A DNA stretch of 64,000 bases from Lama glama (Eukaryota), in the NCBI GenBank assembly GCA_028534125.1, contig CM052817.1, forward strand, positions 93,684,001 through 93,748,000. Reading direction: 5' to 3'. The notes under the pieces are model-generated. The model was given only the letters and a program-made list of their open reading frames with translations. It did not search any database and was not told the DNA's origin. A program made the position numbers and the translations under genes. Positions 24,110 through 38,620 of this stretch are shown one piece after another (position 1 is the first letter of the stretch; each line of letters opens with the position of its first letter).

Positions 24110-24315
24110 ATGTTTCATCGTCCATCAATTTTAGGAAAAGCTGGGTTAAACAAAGTTAAACAGGTTTCTTTCTAGCAGGATTTTCACAGACTAATATTCT
24201 AATGTGCATCATAAAACTACAGGAGGGAGATATAAAATTCAGCATTTTCCAAAATTACCTGATTATAAGACTTTTTAAAAGTGTTATCACATGGGTCAGA
24301 AATTTAGGAAGACGT
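24110..24315. mobile_element. MER103C-like hAT element
   Basis: GCTGGGTTAAACAAAGTTAAACAGGTTTCTTT..CTAATGTGCAT..CAGCATTTTCCAAAATTA. Confidence 0.75.
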
Positions 24316-25494
24316 CCTCCCACAAGACCAATGCTAATGGAGGCTATTTCAGGCAATCTGACCGATCAATTAGAGGCCAAAATCAACACCATTCTAACTT
24401 GTACCATCCCTTTTAGTGGCCATGTTTTCTTCAATTCGCCTCACCTTCTTCATACAGTGACATGAAATTGGGCAGTCACCTTTAGTGGGAATGGCCCCTG
24501 GCTTGAGAGTTCAAGTGTTTGCTTTCCCTTTTGATGAACTAAATTCTCTGGACTCTATAATAAAACTAGAACTGGGGCATAGGGTACTTTTTATTTCACA
24601 GCTCAGTGTGACTGCCTACGAGGGAGATAAAGCTGATGAATAAACTTGTTGATCGTTGATATTATTTCCCTGCTTCTGTTTGTTTCTTTTCTTTTATAGC
24701 TTGCAAGCTCAGTTGTTACCAGGAAAATCAATAAACAAGCTTTCAAGAAAACTTACACCTAGGGAGTATAAAGACCCTTTTGCCTTGAAGTTATTCTTTT
24801 TCTTTTTCAAGGGAGTAATATCCACTCCACAGCCAGAGTTCACTTTCAAGTCAACAGAAGCCCTGCATGTTCATGAGGACTCTCTGCTGGGAGAACAGAG
24901 CCCCCAAGTATTTTCAGAGGGATATCATTGTTCCTAGGATAACTTCTGCGAATTGAATTATTCTGAAAGTCAGGCAGGACTAAAGTAAAGGTAACTAATG
25001 TAGCCAAGAAAATAAACCATTATCCACATGTCCAGGGGCTAGAAAAGAATGTAGGTAAGGCTACAAAAAGGCTGTCTTTTCATGTGGATTTAAATGAAAC
25101 AGAACCCTATTAACTAGAGTAGAGATTCTCATCTCTGTCCTCCCCTGGAGCTCAGTCCTGGGAAATCGAGACCACATCCTTTAAGGCTCTGCTCAAAGTC
25201 AAAAGATGTTTGCAACTGCATGCCAGTATTTACAGGAGTTAGCCTTGGACCACATGTGTAAGTGACAACCTAGAGCAGCATCATTCAAAAGAATGTAGTG
25301 AGACACTGGAAATGTTCTACAACTTTACACTGCTCAGTATGTTAGCCAGCATTGGTAAAAATGTCCACATTTCCTTGGCAAATCAGAGGAAGTTTAAATA
25401 AAGCATGGGTCAAAATGGAATGGTAGTCACTGGGTGGGAGCAGGCTCTGACATATGTTCCTGAGAAGGAGCTACAGGGCAAAAGTGTAATGATA

Positions 25495-26160
25495 CTGTTG
25501 CAGTCATCTATGACTGCTTAAAAAATTACCCCAAATTGAGTGGCTTAAATCAATGACATCTGATCTGCTCACGAATCTGCAACTTAGGCAGGGCCCATGG
25601 GAGGAACAGTGCACCTCCTTGCATTTCAGTTTTCTCACATGTAGAATGGAGATTCCGGTGGATGGACTGTAAAAACGACCCCAGTTCTCCACTCTCCTGT
25701 ATTCAATCAATTGCAGTGGGATTTTGTAGCCCCTTTCATCCAACGTTGGAGTCTATTTTCCCATTCCTTGATTCCAGGCTTGTTTTGAGATTTGCTTTGG
25801 CCAACAGAGCGTGGTAGAAATGGCTTTGTGCTAGTTCTGACTCTGAGCATTTCGGCTCTATTTCTCTGAGATCCCTGAGCCCACCCTGAGGACAAGATCA
25901 GTTTAGCCTTTTGGGGGAACAGAGATGGTGCAGAGCAAAGCCAAGCCAGCTTAGCTGTCCCAGCCAAAGTTGTCCACAGACACGTGAGAGAAGTCAGCCA
26001 AGATCAGCAAAACAAACCCACAGATGACTTTCCAGCTGACTGCAGATGCATGAACAACCCCAGCTAAGACCAGCATAACCCGGAAACTCTGCAGATTTGT
26101 GCCAATGAGTTTTGCTCACTGGGTGTTTGTCCCATAGCATTAGTGACAAAACTGAAACAG
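25495..26160. mobile_element. MLT1 MaLR LTR fragments (MLT1H-like at 25657-26160)
   Basis: GGAGTCTATTTTCCCATTCCTTGA..TTGCTTTGGCCAACAGA..CAGCTGACTGCAGATGCATGA..AAAACTGAAACA. Confidence 0.75.
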
Positions 26161-26194
26161 AGCTAATAGTAGGCCCCAATGAACAGTACTGTGT

Positions 26195-26438
26195 TTATTT
26201 TTGTTTGTTTGTTTATTGAGGTATAGTTGATTTACAATGTCGTGTTAGTTTCTGGTGTACAGCATAGTGACTCAGTTTATATATATATATATATATATTC
26301 TTTTTCATTATAGTGTATTATAAAATATTAAATATAGTTCCCTGTACTAAACAGTAGGACCTTGTTGTTTATCTATTTTATTTTTAAATATGTTTTTAAT
26401 TGAAGTATAGTCAATTTACAATGTCAGTTGCAGGTGTA
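26195..26438 (-). mobile_element. L1 3'UTR ends (two stacked fragments)
   Basis: TTATTGAGGTATAGTTGATTTACAATGT..TAGTTTCTGGTGTACAGCATAGTGA, and a second TTGAAGTATAGTCAATTTACAATGT. Confidence 0.8.
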
Positions 26439-27699
26439 AGTACTGTGTTTAGAACAGTGCCTGGCATCAACTAAGCAGCCAATAAATATTTGCCTTTATT
26501 ATTATCCCCAAATTTGCCAGTACCACACAGAATGTGTTTCCCATTTTCCTGAAGAACATGAGATGGCTACCACAAGTTTCGTGAGAGCTATCAGAGAATA
26601 CTGATCTATTACATCTTTAGCAATTTTAATAAATTAGTAAGAAAAAGCATCAAAAGCATATTCTAGTAATGGAAAGCAAGGTATTTATTGCTAACACAGC
26701 AAAAGTACATGATCTCCAAAGCCCTTCACACATGCTGTGTAAATATCTAATATCTGATCTATGCCCAGCTATCAAATCACCAACTAGATCAAATATCAAA
26801 CAACTTCTAGGAAAAATGGACAGTAACATTTTTATTACATGATTAATTGTTGTTGTTAATGATATTTATGTCAGGACAAAAACTGGGACAAGAGTAATTT
26901 TATCTGTCCTAGTATTTCAGACATAATAATTTTATGATAATACTGATAATATTTTCAGTGGTGGACTTCAAAAGAATAAATGCATTAGCTGCAATAAAAC
27001 AGTATTATAGACATTACCTTTACAAACACTACAGAAACACACGACTGTGAACTTCCCCCGTCTGTATCAGCGTGCAGATGCTCAGTGGTGGGAGTGAGCG
27101 AGTTCTTTCATGACTTCTCTGCCTGCATGTTCTATCTCTCAGATAACTCATCCAGCCTCTTAAACAACTTCAGCCAAATTCCATAGGTTTCCAAATTCCA
27201 TCTCAGGTTGTAACTTGTCTTTTGAACCCAATTCCGGATTTCTATTTCTGTTTAACTTTTGTACTTGGATAGTCTGCCATTTCTTCACCCTCATTAAGTT
27301 GAAATGTGAATCCATCACCTCCCTGGCTGTCACCCACTAAACACGTGTACGGCATTATGCGGTAATTTACTGTAAGTAAATCTCTGAGTTCAGTTCCTTA
27401 CACATAACAGAAGCCGGATGCATGATAATTACCGTCAATTCTGTTGTTACTCTTGTTCTCTAATTTTGTCTTTATAATAACCTGAGGGATGGCTATGGTA
27501 AGTATTATTATCCTACTCTATTGAAGAGGAAAACAATATACCAAGATGTACAGATCATCAAACATAAAAGTGCTGGTGGGGTGAGCACACAGCTGCAAAC
27601 ACACACCAGTAAGATTAATAGCTGCTGTATGAAGAACGATAAGTGTTGAGACTAAATTTTATGGAACTGAATTTTGAGGCTGACTTGATAGAATAAAGA

Positions 27700-27960
27700 G
27701 CAACTAATATACATATAAGCACTTACTATGTACCAGTAACTATTATAAGTTAATATCAATATCCTAAGTTAATAGTAGCATTAACTCAGTTACTTAGGTA
27801 TTTTTTCTTTAATAGTTTTTGCAAAAGAAACCAATATGAGATTGTGTGGGTTAAACAGCCTGCATTAGGTCAGGCAGCAAGAAGCTAATAAATCATCAAT
27901 CAGGGATTTGAATGCAGACCATCTGGCTCGTAAGAAGTGTCCCTACTATATTCTGCTATC
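27700..27960 (-). mobile_element. MIR
   Basis: AAGCACTTACTATGTACCAG..CAGGGATTTGAATGCAGACCATCTGGCTC. Confidence 0.65.
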
Positions 27961-27979
27961 TCTGAAATGAAGAATAAGA

Positions 27980-28122
27980 GGATATTCAGTATCTAGTAAA
28001 GCCTATAATGAAAAAGAACATGAAAAGGAATATAGATGTATGTATCACTGAAACACTCTGCTACACACCAGAAATTAACACAGCGTTGTAAGCCGACTAT
28101 ACTGGACTAAAAAAATTTTTTT
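27980..28122 (+). mobile_element. Short L1 3' end with TSD
   Basis: TATAATGAAAAAGAA..TACACACCAGAAATTAACACA..GACTATACT plus A tail; TSD AAGAATAAGA at 27970-27979 and 28123-28132. Confidence 0.85.
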
Positions 28123-30604
28123 AAGAATAAGAAGTTGGGGAGGGGAAAAGAGAAAAAGGTAATAGTGAATGAAAAGTCATCAAGGTAGAAATAAGTCGAT
28201 CAAACACAGGCGTGGGGGTCAATCAGGTTGTATGGGCTACGAAGCCACGCCTGGGTGAAGAATCGGGTGAAAATGTGTTTGGGTAGATTTGGGACGCAGC
28301 AGCAGCAAAGCAGGCTCTGAATGTCAGGCTGAACTGTCTGCACTTCCGGTACAGCCCAAAGGGGACCTGACCCTCTGTATACTTTAACTTAAGCCGTGTC
28401 AACGCACAGGCATATGAACAGGTTGAGCAGAGACGCACTGGTCCATATGGGAGTGGGAGTTCGTTTCTTAATATGGAGCTAAAACTGTTTGCTTGAAATT
28501 GGCAGCATCTCTAACTCAAAATACTTCACATATATCTGTGTCATTTAACTATTTGCAAATGACAAAGAAAGTGACAGACTGAAGACAGAAGCCCTGACCC
28601 CCTTCTGGAGGGTTAAGTACCGGAAGCATAGGATGCACTGCTATAGATCAAGCAAGCTGTGTGTTCAATGTTGAGGGTGCCTTGACTGAACATCTAGCCA
28701 ATAACGTGCCTTCCATTTATTAACGGCACTTACTCACTGCACCTGCTCTGTGTGAAGAGATTATGTGGGTCAAGTAACTGCCCCATGATTGCAAATATCT
28801 GTCTCATCACCTACAAACATAATTAAAGAATAACAACCCAGTCCTGGGGAAAATCTCGGTAAGTCCTTCTTACTAGTAATTCTAAAACAGAAATGCAAAA
28901 AATTTGCAAACTTACTTATAATCTTATAAAGATAAACCAATAATTCTCAACTATAGCAACCTCGGTGTGAAAGGAATTATTTCTTTAGTCCATGTGCTAG
29001 TTGAGTTAGCCCCCTCACTGCACCAACTAAAACAATTTTTAAAAATCTTAAAAGTGATAAGGGTGTAACATCTACATTAGTATTTTCCTTGGTAAAACTG
29101 GTTTCAGGAAAGGAAATGTTTTCATAATTCTCTTCACCAACTTTTGCTAAGTTCTTTTTTTTTTTAAATACATTGAAAGCAGAATTTTTCCAAGGGAGAG
29201 AAATGAGAACTCTACTTTTTTTCATCGTTACTCAAAAATCTGCTTGGTACTTGGTCAACTCACAGCCAGTCCCCTAAGACTGAGTTTCAGCTGATGGACA
29301 AAATCCAACGGACTAGTCTGAAGCCTTCTGGTAATGTAAATCTGATTTGACCAGATAATAACTGCGTTATAAAAATAACATTACTAGCACAGATCCAGGG
29401 AATTTTAGACATTACTAAGTAAACAGTGCACAGATGTGGATGCTGAAAAATTAATAGCACACCACCTTCTGATAGGCTGTACACGAAATATGCTTCCACA
29501 GAAACAGAATGAAGCAAGCCCGAAGCACAAATTCTCATGCCATCGTGGCATAAATGAATCATAAAGCATTAAAACAGAAATTTCAAGCTCTGGCTCAGGT
29601 ACAATTTCTGAGAAATTACTCAGCCTCACACGTATTTCTTCATGCCATCTCATTGGTAGAGAGAAGACTGGAAGTAAGAGTGACTTGTCCCATGTGAGCA
29701 AAACCCAGTTTAAAAAATAATAATGTTTAAAGATGTTATGATGCTTGTAATCTTCCTCCTCCTCATAGCTCAAAAAGTATTTTTTTTAAACTTTCAAAAC
29801 AAGCACTTACTATTCTCAGATAAGATGTTCTAATAAGGTACCATTTTTTCCACATATTAAGGCCACAGGAACCCTAGGAGGTTGCTACTGACATCTAGTG
29901 GCATAATTTTTTAAATGCTAAATGCACTAAAAAATAAACCTAGAGAAAGGAAGGGACAGACACATCCACATGTACTTGCAAAGTCTAGTGGACATGCCGT
30001 GTTACAAATTATTTGCCTCCATCCACACCACTCTGCCCCAGTGACATGCGTCCCCTTCCAGGGTAACGCTATTACTGCAAAACTGAAGAAATGAAAACCA
30101 ACACATCTGTTAAAGCCTTAAAGGAACCGACTCCCTCAAAATCCGTAGTCCTTTCCAGAGAACTGCCAGCTCCCAGGAAGCCCCAGTTCCCAAAGGCCAA
30201 CTCCAGCTCCAGTCCTAGTATTATTAACTTCCAAAATAACCATAGCCCTTCCCCAACCTGCACTCCTAGCATTCAGGGACTTTGAGGGTCCCAACCTAAA
30301 GAGGAGCAACTGCGGAACTAGGAATACGTTATTTCAGACTGTGTATCCACAGACATGAACATTCAAAATGGCCATGAAATCCCTATGCCTGAGATTCAAT
30401 AATTACTAAAAACTTTTAAATGGCTATTTTTAAAATTTAAAAATGCTTTAATGTTTCCAGTCATCCACAGGAATGAGGATGTACAGAAGAATACGGACGA
30501 AATTGATACTGATGTGAAAAATGATAGGGGGCGTAGAGATAACTTCTATAAGCGAGTAAAAAGGTGTATTTTATAGCCTCTGTATATATGTACATATAAG
30601 ACAG

Positions 30605-30630
30605 GTGTGTGTGTGTGTGTGTGTGTGTGT
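30605..30630. repeat. (GT)n microsatellite
   Basis: Directly visible. Confidence 0.95.
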
Positions 30631-33538
30631 AGAACAAGAGAGAGACACTCAAATTCTGCATGCACCCCACTCCTGCTAAGGTGCTTGTGCCATGGTGGGT
30701 AAATGTTGAATTGATGAATGACTGAATAAATAAATGAGGTGGCAAATTACAGCATACCTTTTATCCCCTATTGATTCTCATCTGAGGTGTGCAATAAGCA
30801 GTGCCCTTGTAAAGCAGTGTTTTGCTTAAGCAACAGTGCCTTTGCTGAGTAGCCCAGGTTAGATTTTTCTCCAATGACACGTGCACAGTGGCACAAAGCC
30901 AGTGGGTGATGGAATCAGGCAATCTCCCTTTGGTGAACGGAGTGTATTTCAGTAGTTGAAAAGTGTTTGCTTTATAAATTAGTCCGTTTGAATTTAGATT
31001 TTATTCACCTTGAAAAGATGTAACGGGAGAGAAGGCTCTCAAGTTAGCCCTCATAAATACAAATAACAGCTAAATTGTAACTCTCACAGTACAAAGGAAT
31101 CTTCTAGTCTTTTAGATATTCCTTCAGTGGCAATCTGAGAGACGCAAGGAGCCCATTCATCCAACGCCTGTCTACTCCACTCACCGATAGGGGTCAAGTG
31201 GATGACAGAGGGATCTCTTCTATGATCACAGTAAAGGGGAAAAATATCCTATGTCTGTGTGTGTATACCTTTACACACAATAGTTATATGTGTGTAAATA
31301 CAGACATATATACACACACGCACACATGAGAATTATTACATAGCACTATATGCGGATCAGTGACCATGTGACAGATACTGTATCCATGTTAATGAACATG
31401 GGTTAAGGAGGAGAAACAGCTGTAGCGTAATGGCACGTGTAGCATGAGAGGAACTCAGAAAGCATCGTAAAGAGAATTTTTAAGGTTATGTAGGCTTTGG
31501 AATAAAAGAGAAAGAAGAGTGAGCATTCCAAGTGGCGCTTTCAGCACAGGGAAGGACAAGAATATTAACGGTACGTAATGAAGTAAGAAGAAACAAAGAC
31601 GGCAAGAAACATAGGAGGGCAATCGATGCAAGAACTTGCACATCAGCCGGAGACAATTCTAGATGATGCTATGGATCGCAGTCTTGGGAGTTTTCCTTAA
31701 AGCTTTCAAATGACAGAGCATCCCACAAAATCTAATATTCAGAAGAGTAAAGAACACCATGAACTTTTGCAAATGACAAAAATCATCTAAAAAATCAGAG
31801 AATTCATAAAAGTTATCGTAATGACTCTGTGTCAAGTAAATTCCTCTTTAAGAATTACTTCTGAATCCCTTCTCCATGAAACTGTTCAATGACTTATTCT
31901 CTGACTTTCAGTTTGGATTCCCTTTGGAAGCATGTTCACCTGACATTGTAGCTACATTTCTGTAAAGCACTGGACAGACGCTACACGAATTAGTTCAGGC
32001 CTTGCGACAATTACATCCCACCTTTCATCACACGTGTGGAAGTATTTCTAAATCTCATTTAAATTCATGGTCATTAACTTATTAATTAACCTGTAAATTG
32101 GATGCTTTACTTTCCATCATCACTTTACAGTAGTTTGTAAGAAATAATACAGGATATAATTTGTAACAAGCTCTTAAAATAGCAGAAGAATTTTATCCTT
32201 TAAAACTTTTTCAACGTGTATTACATCTACAAAATGTTCCACAGCCAATTATAATAAACCACAATGAGGCCAATCTCTAAACAATGTATTTGTAACATTT
32301 CTTAGTGCCCCTAGGGCATAAAGAATGCTGGACCCTAGCCTTATGACAGTTTATTTTCAATTCTCAAAAAAGTGTTTATACTAAGCTTAGATTTCAACCT
32401 ACAGTACACCAAACAATTGCTGAATCCTTAATATTCTATTTCAATTTCCTACAGGAAAGTTAAATGTATGTGAGAATAAAACTTAATATTCCTACATAAT
32501 AAAAATAAATTACAAACATGAAATATTCTTAACGCAAATTCAATCTATTTCCAGGACATATAACCTGTGGAAAAATGGAACAGAGTAACAGTCTCTACTT
32601 TTGTACCTAATTTTACTAGGTATAGAGAGGGATATTTAAACCGACTAGGCGAAATTGCCTCTACCTTTGGGTGGCAAAATTAAGAATATTGTGACTAACA
32701 GACATCAATAACTTTACATAATAAAACACTACACGAAAACATATTTTAAAACGCTTTTATAAAAAGTTAAATGTAGAACTTTCAGGTATCTGTACACACA
32801 AAAGTGCCTGTTAACTCAATAGGCTGCTTCCCAAACCCCATTGCCAGAGTTAAACACACACAAAATGAGTGTGTTAGTCATCGTGCACAACTGAGAAACG
32901 CTGAATGGTCTCATGGGTCTAAAAATAGCACCTTCACCAGTATGCCTTCTGCTTCTACTACTTAAACACTGGAATTTAAATGCACATATCCCATTAGGAC
33001 AATAGAGGCAGAGCGTGCGAACATCAGCACTCTTGGTCTTATTCACAGGAATTTTTTATAAAGTTACAAACATCCCTATTTCAATGAATCCAAAGGACCA
33101 GCTAGAGAGGTGATGACATGAACATTTCTCCCACCCCAGTTACTCCTTCACACCCCACTCCCAATCTCCATACAGATGCCGACACCCCAGAGCATAACCT
33201 CTTTGGAAGTGTTGTCAGACCAAAGCACTTGCACTCCCCCTCTATTTGCATGTTGGGGAGAAGCAAATTTTGTTACTCTGGGTCCACAATGCTGGAAATT
33301 CTGCCACGTTAATGGGAATTTTCCTCCTTCACCCCAACTATTCCTTTACTACACTCAGTTTGGATTAAGTTTATCCATACCTTAAATAAAGAACATACAA
33401 GCCTAATAAAATTGGATATATTAGCATGTGCATACCTCTAAAAAAAGAAAAATTTCACATGAATGCCTCGTGGACAGTCTGTGCTCCCTCCCTCCACCTT
33501 TCATTTTTTATTTTAAAGGACATGGATCCTCCACACTC

Positions 33539-34024
33539 TGTAGTGTGTCCCTTTTGTTGGGTAGTTAGATAAGTCGAGGCACTGGGCATATAAGGTGGAG
33601 GAGAGGGAGGATGGTCCAGAAGATGGCAGTATGCCTACCTCCCACATAAAGGGGCTTTACTTCTAAATGAGTGCCAGCAAGAAACCAGTTAGAAGCCAAC
33701 AGCCGCAACTGCGAGGTAGTGAGAAGGACCCAGCCAGACATGACCCAATGCTCACTGTAATACAATTAGCATTGCAGTTTAGCCGCACCCCCACCATGGG
33801 TTTTTCTGTGTGCATTATGGGTAAGAACATGCACCCAGGGGCCAGACATAACTCAGCACTCCAGGGGCAAGAACTGTCGATCAGTCAAAAGACCACCTCA
33901 CCTCTAAGCAAGGGTGTAAGATAAGGGGCAAAAACAGCGGTTTTCCTCCCTGGATCAGCCCACCTCCCATTCTTGCAAGTGTACATTTCCTTTACTAATA
34001 AATCCTGTAAAATCTTTCACTACA
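33539..34024 (+). mobile_element. Solo LTR (family not assigned)
   Basis: Perfect 7-bp inverted termini TGTAGTG..CACTACA, AATAAA at 33997, 486 bp long, GC-richer than the flanks. Confidence 0.65.
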
Positions 34025-35566
34025 CAGTGCTCCATCTCCATCTGAATTCCTATCTTTGGGATATGATAAAAACTGGGGTCTTTTCTCTTCCCCTTTTGGG
34101 ATAACATCTTCTCTCTTTTTACTGTGTCATCTTCCATTGATTACCCCTCAACCAGCACTTTTCTACCATTCATCTCCCTACACCTGCATCACAGAGCTCA
34201 GCTTCAACTGAACTAACTCTTCTACACATTGTCTAGGTATTAGCTCTCATCACAGTGTCTCTCTCTTTGGGCGGTCACCGCTAATAGTTCTATGCAAAAG
34301 GTAGCCCTCAATTGACTTCATTAACCATTTAAAAATACTTCATAGTTTGAATTCACATTTTAGTATAGATAAAACCTGAACAGAATGCCCAGAATGTAAA
34401 ATCCCCTTTAGAGGAGAGAAGCTATTTCCTTAAGGGGTTCAATATCTCCTTCAAAAAATTAACTAAAAGCCAAAAATAACTAGAAGCACCCCAGTTTGTA
34501 ATTCAGCCTAACAATTTACTTCTGCTGAACTGCAAATTAAAGTTCAGAAACCAGTTTTCTTCTGATGTTCATTAAATTCAAATGCTTCCTTTGTTTCAGC
34601 ATTCATTTGTTCTTTAGAAATCAGACAATTTATCAAAAACAGAACCCAATTAGTTCCAATTCATATGTAGCCTAACACACATTTCAACAAATCCATGATG
34701 TGTGTCCATACATATAAAGTGGCATCATATCTTCACAGCTATATAAGCAGACGGTATCAATAGATGGATTTAGTTCCCATCAGGATTCTAACCTTTCAGA
34801 AACTTCTCTATTAAAAACTCTTTTGAGATAGCAGCTTTATTCATAAAACATACACACATTTTATATCTGCATCTATGCTCCAATTTGTTTACACGTATAT
34901 GTCATCAGAATATCTGCATGAGTGTTTACACTCTTAGGTCAACATATGTAAATAAATTACATAGCAATTTGAAAATTTAGCAACTAAATATGCAATCTGT
35001 TGAACATAATCAGGCATGCTATTCAACAACTGTAAGATATAATTCAATCTTTCCAAAGAAAATATACATTTTGTGTAAGGGTGTCTTCATCAGACTCAAT
35101 GAAGTTTTCTAGGAATTTGCACTGAAATTTTTGCCTATTCAAAAAATGACATGTAAAGACAACTGACTAATGCTTAAATAAAAGGAAAATCTTAATAAAA
35201 AAAATCTAATTCTCTTACTGCCTATCATTTGTAAATATGATACACTCACAGGAGTTATTTCCAAACAAAGAGAACACAATCTTCTAGTCGAGATCCTACC
35301 CATAAATCAACATAAATGAAAGATCAGTGTCAGAAAATGAACCACTATCCACAATGCTTTAAGCTAATGTATATTTTAAAGTTTACTGTTCACATCCTAA
35401 ACATGGTAATGAACCAAAATCGTTCCTTCTATTTTTCAGATAACGACTTACTTTTTTGATAGATTATTCAATAACTGAAACCAGGAATTAAGAAAAACCA
35501 ACTAGTGGAATGTATGAAGGTTACAATGACTAAAAAACCTAAAAATCAGTTCAAAATAAGCATTAC

Positions 35567-35629
35567 CTTGGTCTGACTTTTCATAAAGGACAGCAGATCT
35601 CTTTCCAGGTAACACCATTTCTTTAGGTT
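35567..35629 (-). CDS. Candidate 63-nt internal exon of an unidentified minus-strand gene
   Basis: Strong acceptor (TTAATCTCTTTTCTCTTTGCCCACAG) and donor (AAG/GTAATG). Length is a multiple of 3. Open in phase 0 (NLKKWCYLERDLLSFMKSQTK) and phase 1 (xPKEMVLPGKRSAVLYEKSDQx). It sits in repeat-poor flanks and could alternatively be 5'UTR. Confidence 0.55.
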
Positions 35630-36519
35630 CTGTGGGCAAAGAGAAAAGAGATTAATAAAAACAACCTTTCCTTTTACTCTTTAAATGCTTCTTAAAGAAG
35701 ATTTATTAGTAAAAGAGGGCAGAGAAGAAAATCATTTAACAAAATATTCAACATCCTTCAGCAGCCGCCTTGGGAACCACTTCCTTTAAATGCCAAATAA
35801 CTTTCCCAAAGGTCCCCTCTCCCCTGCAGCTGAGAACATGGGTGACAGAGACAGATTCTCAGCCCAACTTCTTTGCTTCGCTCTCTTTTCTCACATGGAA
35901 ACAAGACTAGCACGTGAGCACAGAAAAGCATTAGCTTCAACCATTTCAAAAGATAAGATGTAATCCATGTCGGGACAGAACATTTACTTGGAATACAACT
36001 GGCTGAAATGGAATTTGCAATTATCTAAACTTACTTTCCTCCCTCCTCCAGTGAGTATGGGTTTTTAAATGTGCATGAAAGTTTGGATGTTTTTCTATTC
36101 CGTCTTTCCACAGGATTGATACAATGAGATACTGTGGGATGACTCGGTAAATAATTGGCGATTACCCTCCTTATGAGATGCAATTTCAGAGCTTTTCTAT
36201 GCTGCGATGAGGAGGGAAGTACTTTGTAGAAGTCAAAAGTTATGAAAATATATCTTATTCCCTCCCTTAGCATATAACAGTCTTGAGGAGTATCCCATAA
36301 AAGATTTTATTGCATCATTATCTGAATGTTCAGATTGGAGGATAAGAAATTCAAGTCTGAGCAATAGCTCTCCAGAAAGGACTGTCACATAGATAGGTAT
36401 TTTAAATTCACCCCTTAAGAAAGTCATTTGACTGAAAAAACTATATATAAAGAGTTAAAAGTAATGTTGATTAATTGACTTTAACAGTCATTATAAGAAC
36501 AGTCATATAACTGCAATTA

Positions 36520-36720
36520 CCACAGCATCTTACTAGTGGTGTGAATTTAGACAAGGAAATTAAAGTCTGTAAACCTTCCTTTTTCATCTGTAACATCAGA
36601 ATGATAATTATTCCTACCTCGTAGAACTGATAGGATAAAGAAATGAAAGAAATACATATACAGGAGATAGAACTAAGAATGTTAGCTATTATAATTATGA
36701 ACATCATTATTAGGATTATT
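36520..36720 (+). mobile_element. MIR
   Basis: TTACTAGTGGTGTGAATTTAGACAAG..TTCATCTGTAA..GATAATTATTCCTACCTCGTAG. Confidence 0.65.
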
Positions 36721-37464
36721 ATCATTGTTCTCCTTAAAAAAAAAAAACCTTGCTGCCCCTTTGAAGAACACTACCCTAGTGAGCCACATGGTAGAATGAT
36801 TTTAATCACATCATACTGGATGTTACTTAATTTGCTTATTTATTATTAATCAGACTCTGATGGCAAAGGAAATAGAGTTGTTTCAGGTATTTGGGCAGGC
36901 AAGGGAAAAAGATGAAAAGCATTTCAGAGGGGTAAGGAAGCTGTCACTCCACTGCAGTGACTTCCCTGGACTTTGCTGAGGATTTTAATTTAAAGATTCC
37001 TCCCAGAAACTGGGATATACTCCAACGTTCACTTAAAGCAAAAGGCTCCTGTCAGCTCTTGTGAATACTCAATCCAATTTAGGAAACACTTAGTGAGCCC
37101 CTACTGCAAGCCAGGGTCTATAACAGACTTCAGAGAAACCATAATAAACAAAAAGGACTCAAGGAAAACACAGTTTAATGGAAGACACATTTGTAGACAA
37201 TTATTTCAAGTAGTTTGTGAAAATACTATCACTAAACAATACAGATGTGTTGAAGCCACAGAAAGGATTGAAAGAATATTCTGCCATCAGGAAAGGGTCA
37301 TTTAAAAAATAATCTTAAAGAAAAATTCAGTCAAACTAGCTGAACTGGTAAACACTGGCTGACCGCAGCCTGTCTGGTCTAAGAAGATCTCACAAAAGAG
37401 AAGGACTTGGAAAGACTAAGTCTGGCAGGCAGGTAAGTAGGGACATAAGTTAAAATGACACTGC

Positions 37465-37817
37465 ATGGAGTAGGGTACACCATTAATCCCCTATGACTGA
37501 TGTCCTTATAAGATGAGATAAAAATACAAATCTACAGAGAGAGGAGATATCACGTGAAGACAAAGACACAGAGGAAGACAACCGTGGAGACCTAGGGAGG
37601 CAGAGACTCGAGTACCTACAAGCCAAGGAATGCCGCCAACACTGGAGACTGAGAAAGTCATAAACATACGACCCTTAGAGCTTTCAGACAGAACATGGCC
37701 CTGTTGACATCTTGGCTTTGGACTTCTAGCCTCCAGAATGGTGAGAGAATAGACATCTCCTGTTCCGAGCCACCCAGTTTGTGGTGGTTTGTTACAGGAG
37801 CTCCTGTTAACTAACAC
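37465..37817 (+). mobile_element. MLT1B/C MaLR LTR
   Basis: ATGACTGATGTCCTTATAAGA..CACGTGAAGAC..AAGCCAAGGAATGCC..GGACTTCTAGCCTCCAGAA..AACTAACACA. Confidence 0.85.
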
Positions 37818-38620
37818 ATCTTTCGAGCCAATAAGCATTAGGCCCTTACCCATAACCCGATCACCCAGAGCTTTCAAAAAAAGTCTTACGTTTACATGAA
37901 GTCACCAAACATATCCTCAATTTAGAAATCAGAATACCCAGCTACATATAAAGAGCTGATTTAAACTTTAAATTGTCTACCTCCATGGCTAGGATCTGCT
38001 ACAGTGGAAACCACAGCCAAAAAAGAGTATCTCATATTTTACCCCCCAGGTCCCTCCTCCCCAGCTAATTGATGTTGGTTCCAATGCCTCTGGAATATGG
38101 GAATGGAGTGAAAGAGGGGAGGTGCGGAAAGAAGAGGTCAGTGGAGAAGGAAGGCTGACTTTCTGGTCACTGAGCTAGGCGGGCTCATATGTATTTAAAG
38201 CTGATTCTCAGCCTATTCCAGGTTCTCCTGCGACTGCTCCTACTTCTCCAGTCACTGGGATCCTCTCATCTGTACTTGGTGAGTCATTCATCTCACCTCA
38301 TCCCTTACTCCACCCTCAGCTCCAAGTGGCACCTGAAGCTTCTATCAGCTGAGACCAGTTTGGTCACCGGGCAGCCTTTGGGGACAGGACCTGGACAGCC
38401 TCATGATAGCTATCTCATACTCATGCTCACATCTGTTCCATAGGGAACCCCCTAACGAACCCTAGGGAAACAGGCTAATCCCAATTCAGCACCTCTCCTT
38501 CGCTCTGCCATGGGCTGCCCACTAGCTCAATTCCTGGTCTTTAGACTCATCAGAAACCAGTGCACTGTCTCTACAACCACCGCCAAAACTTCAAGGGACA
38601 CATACTAAACTCTCACTGAG

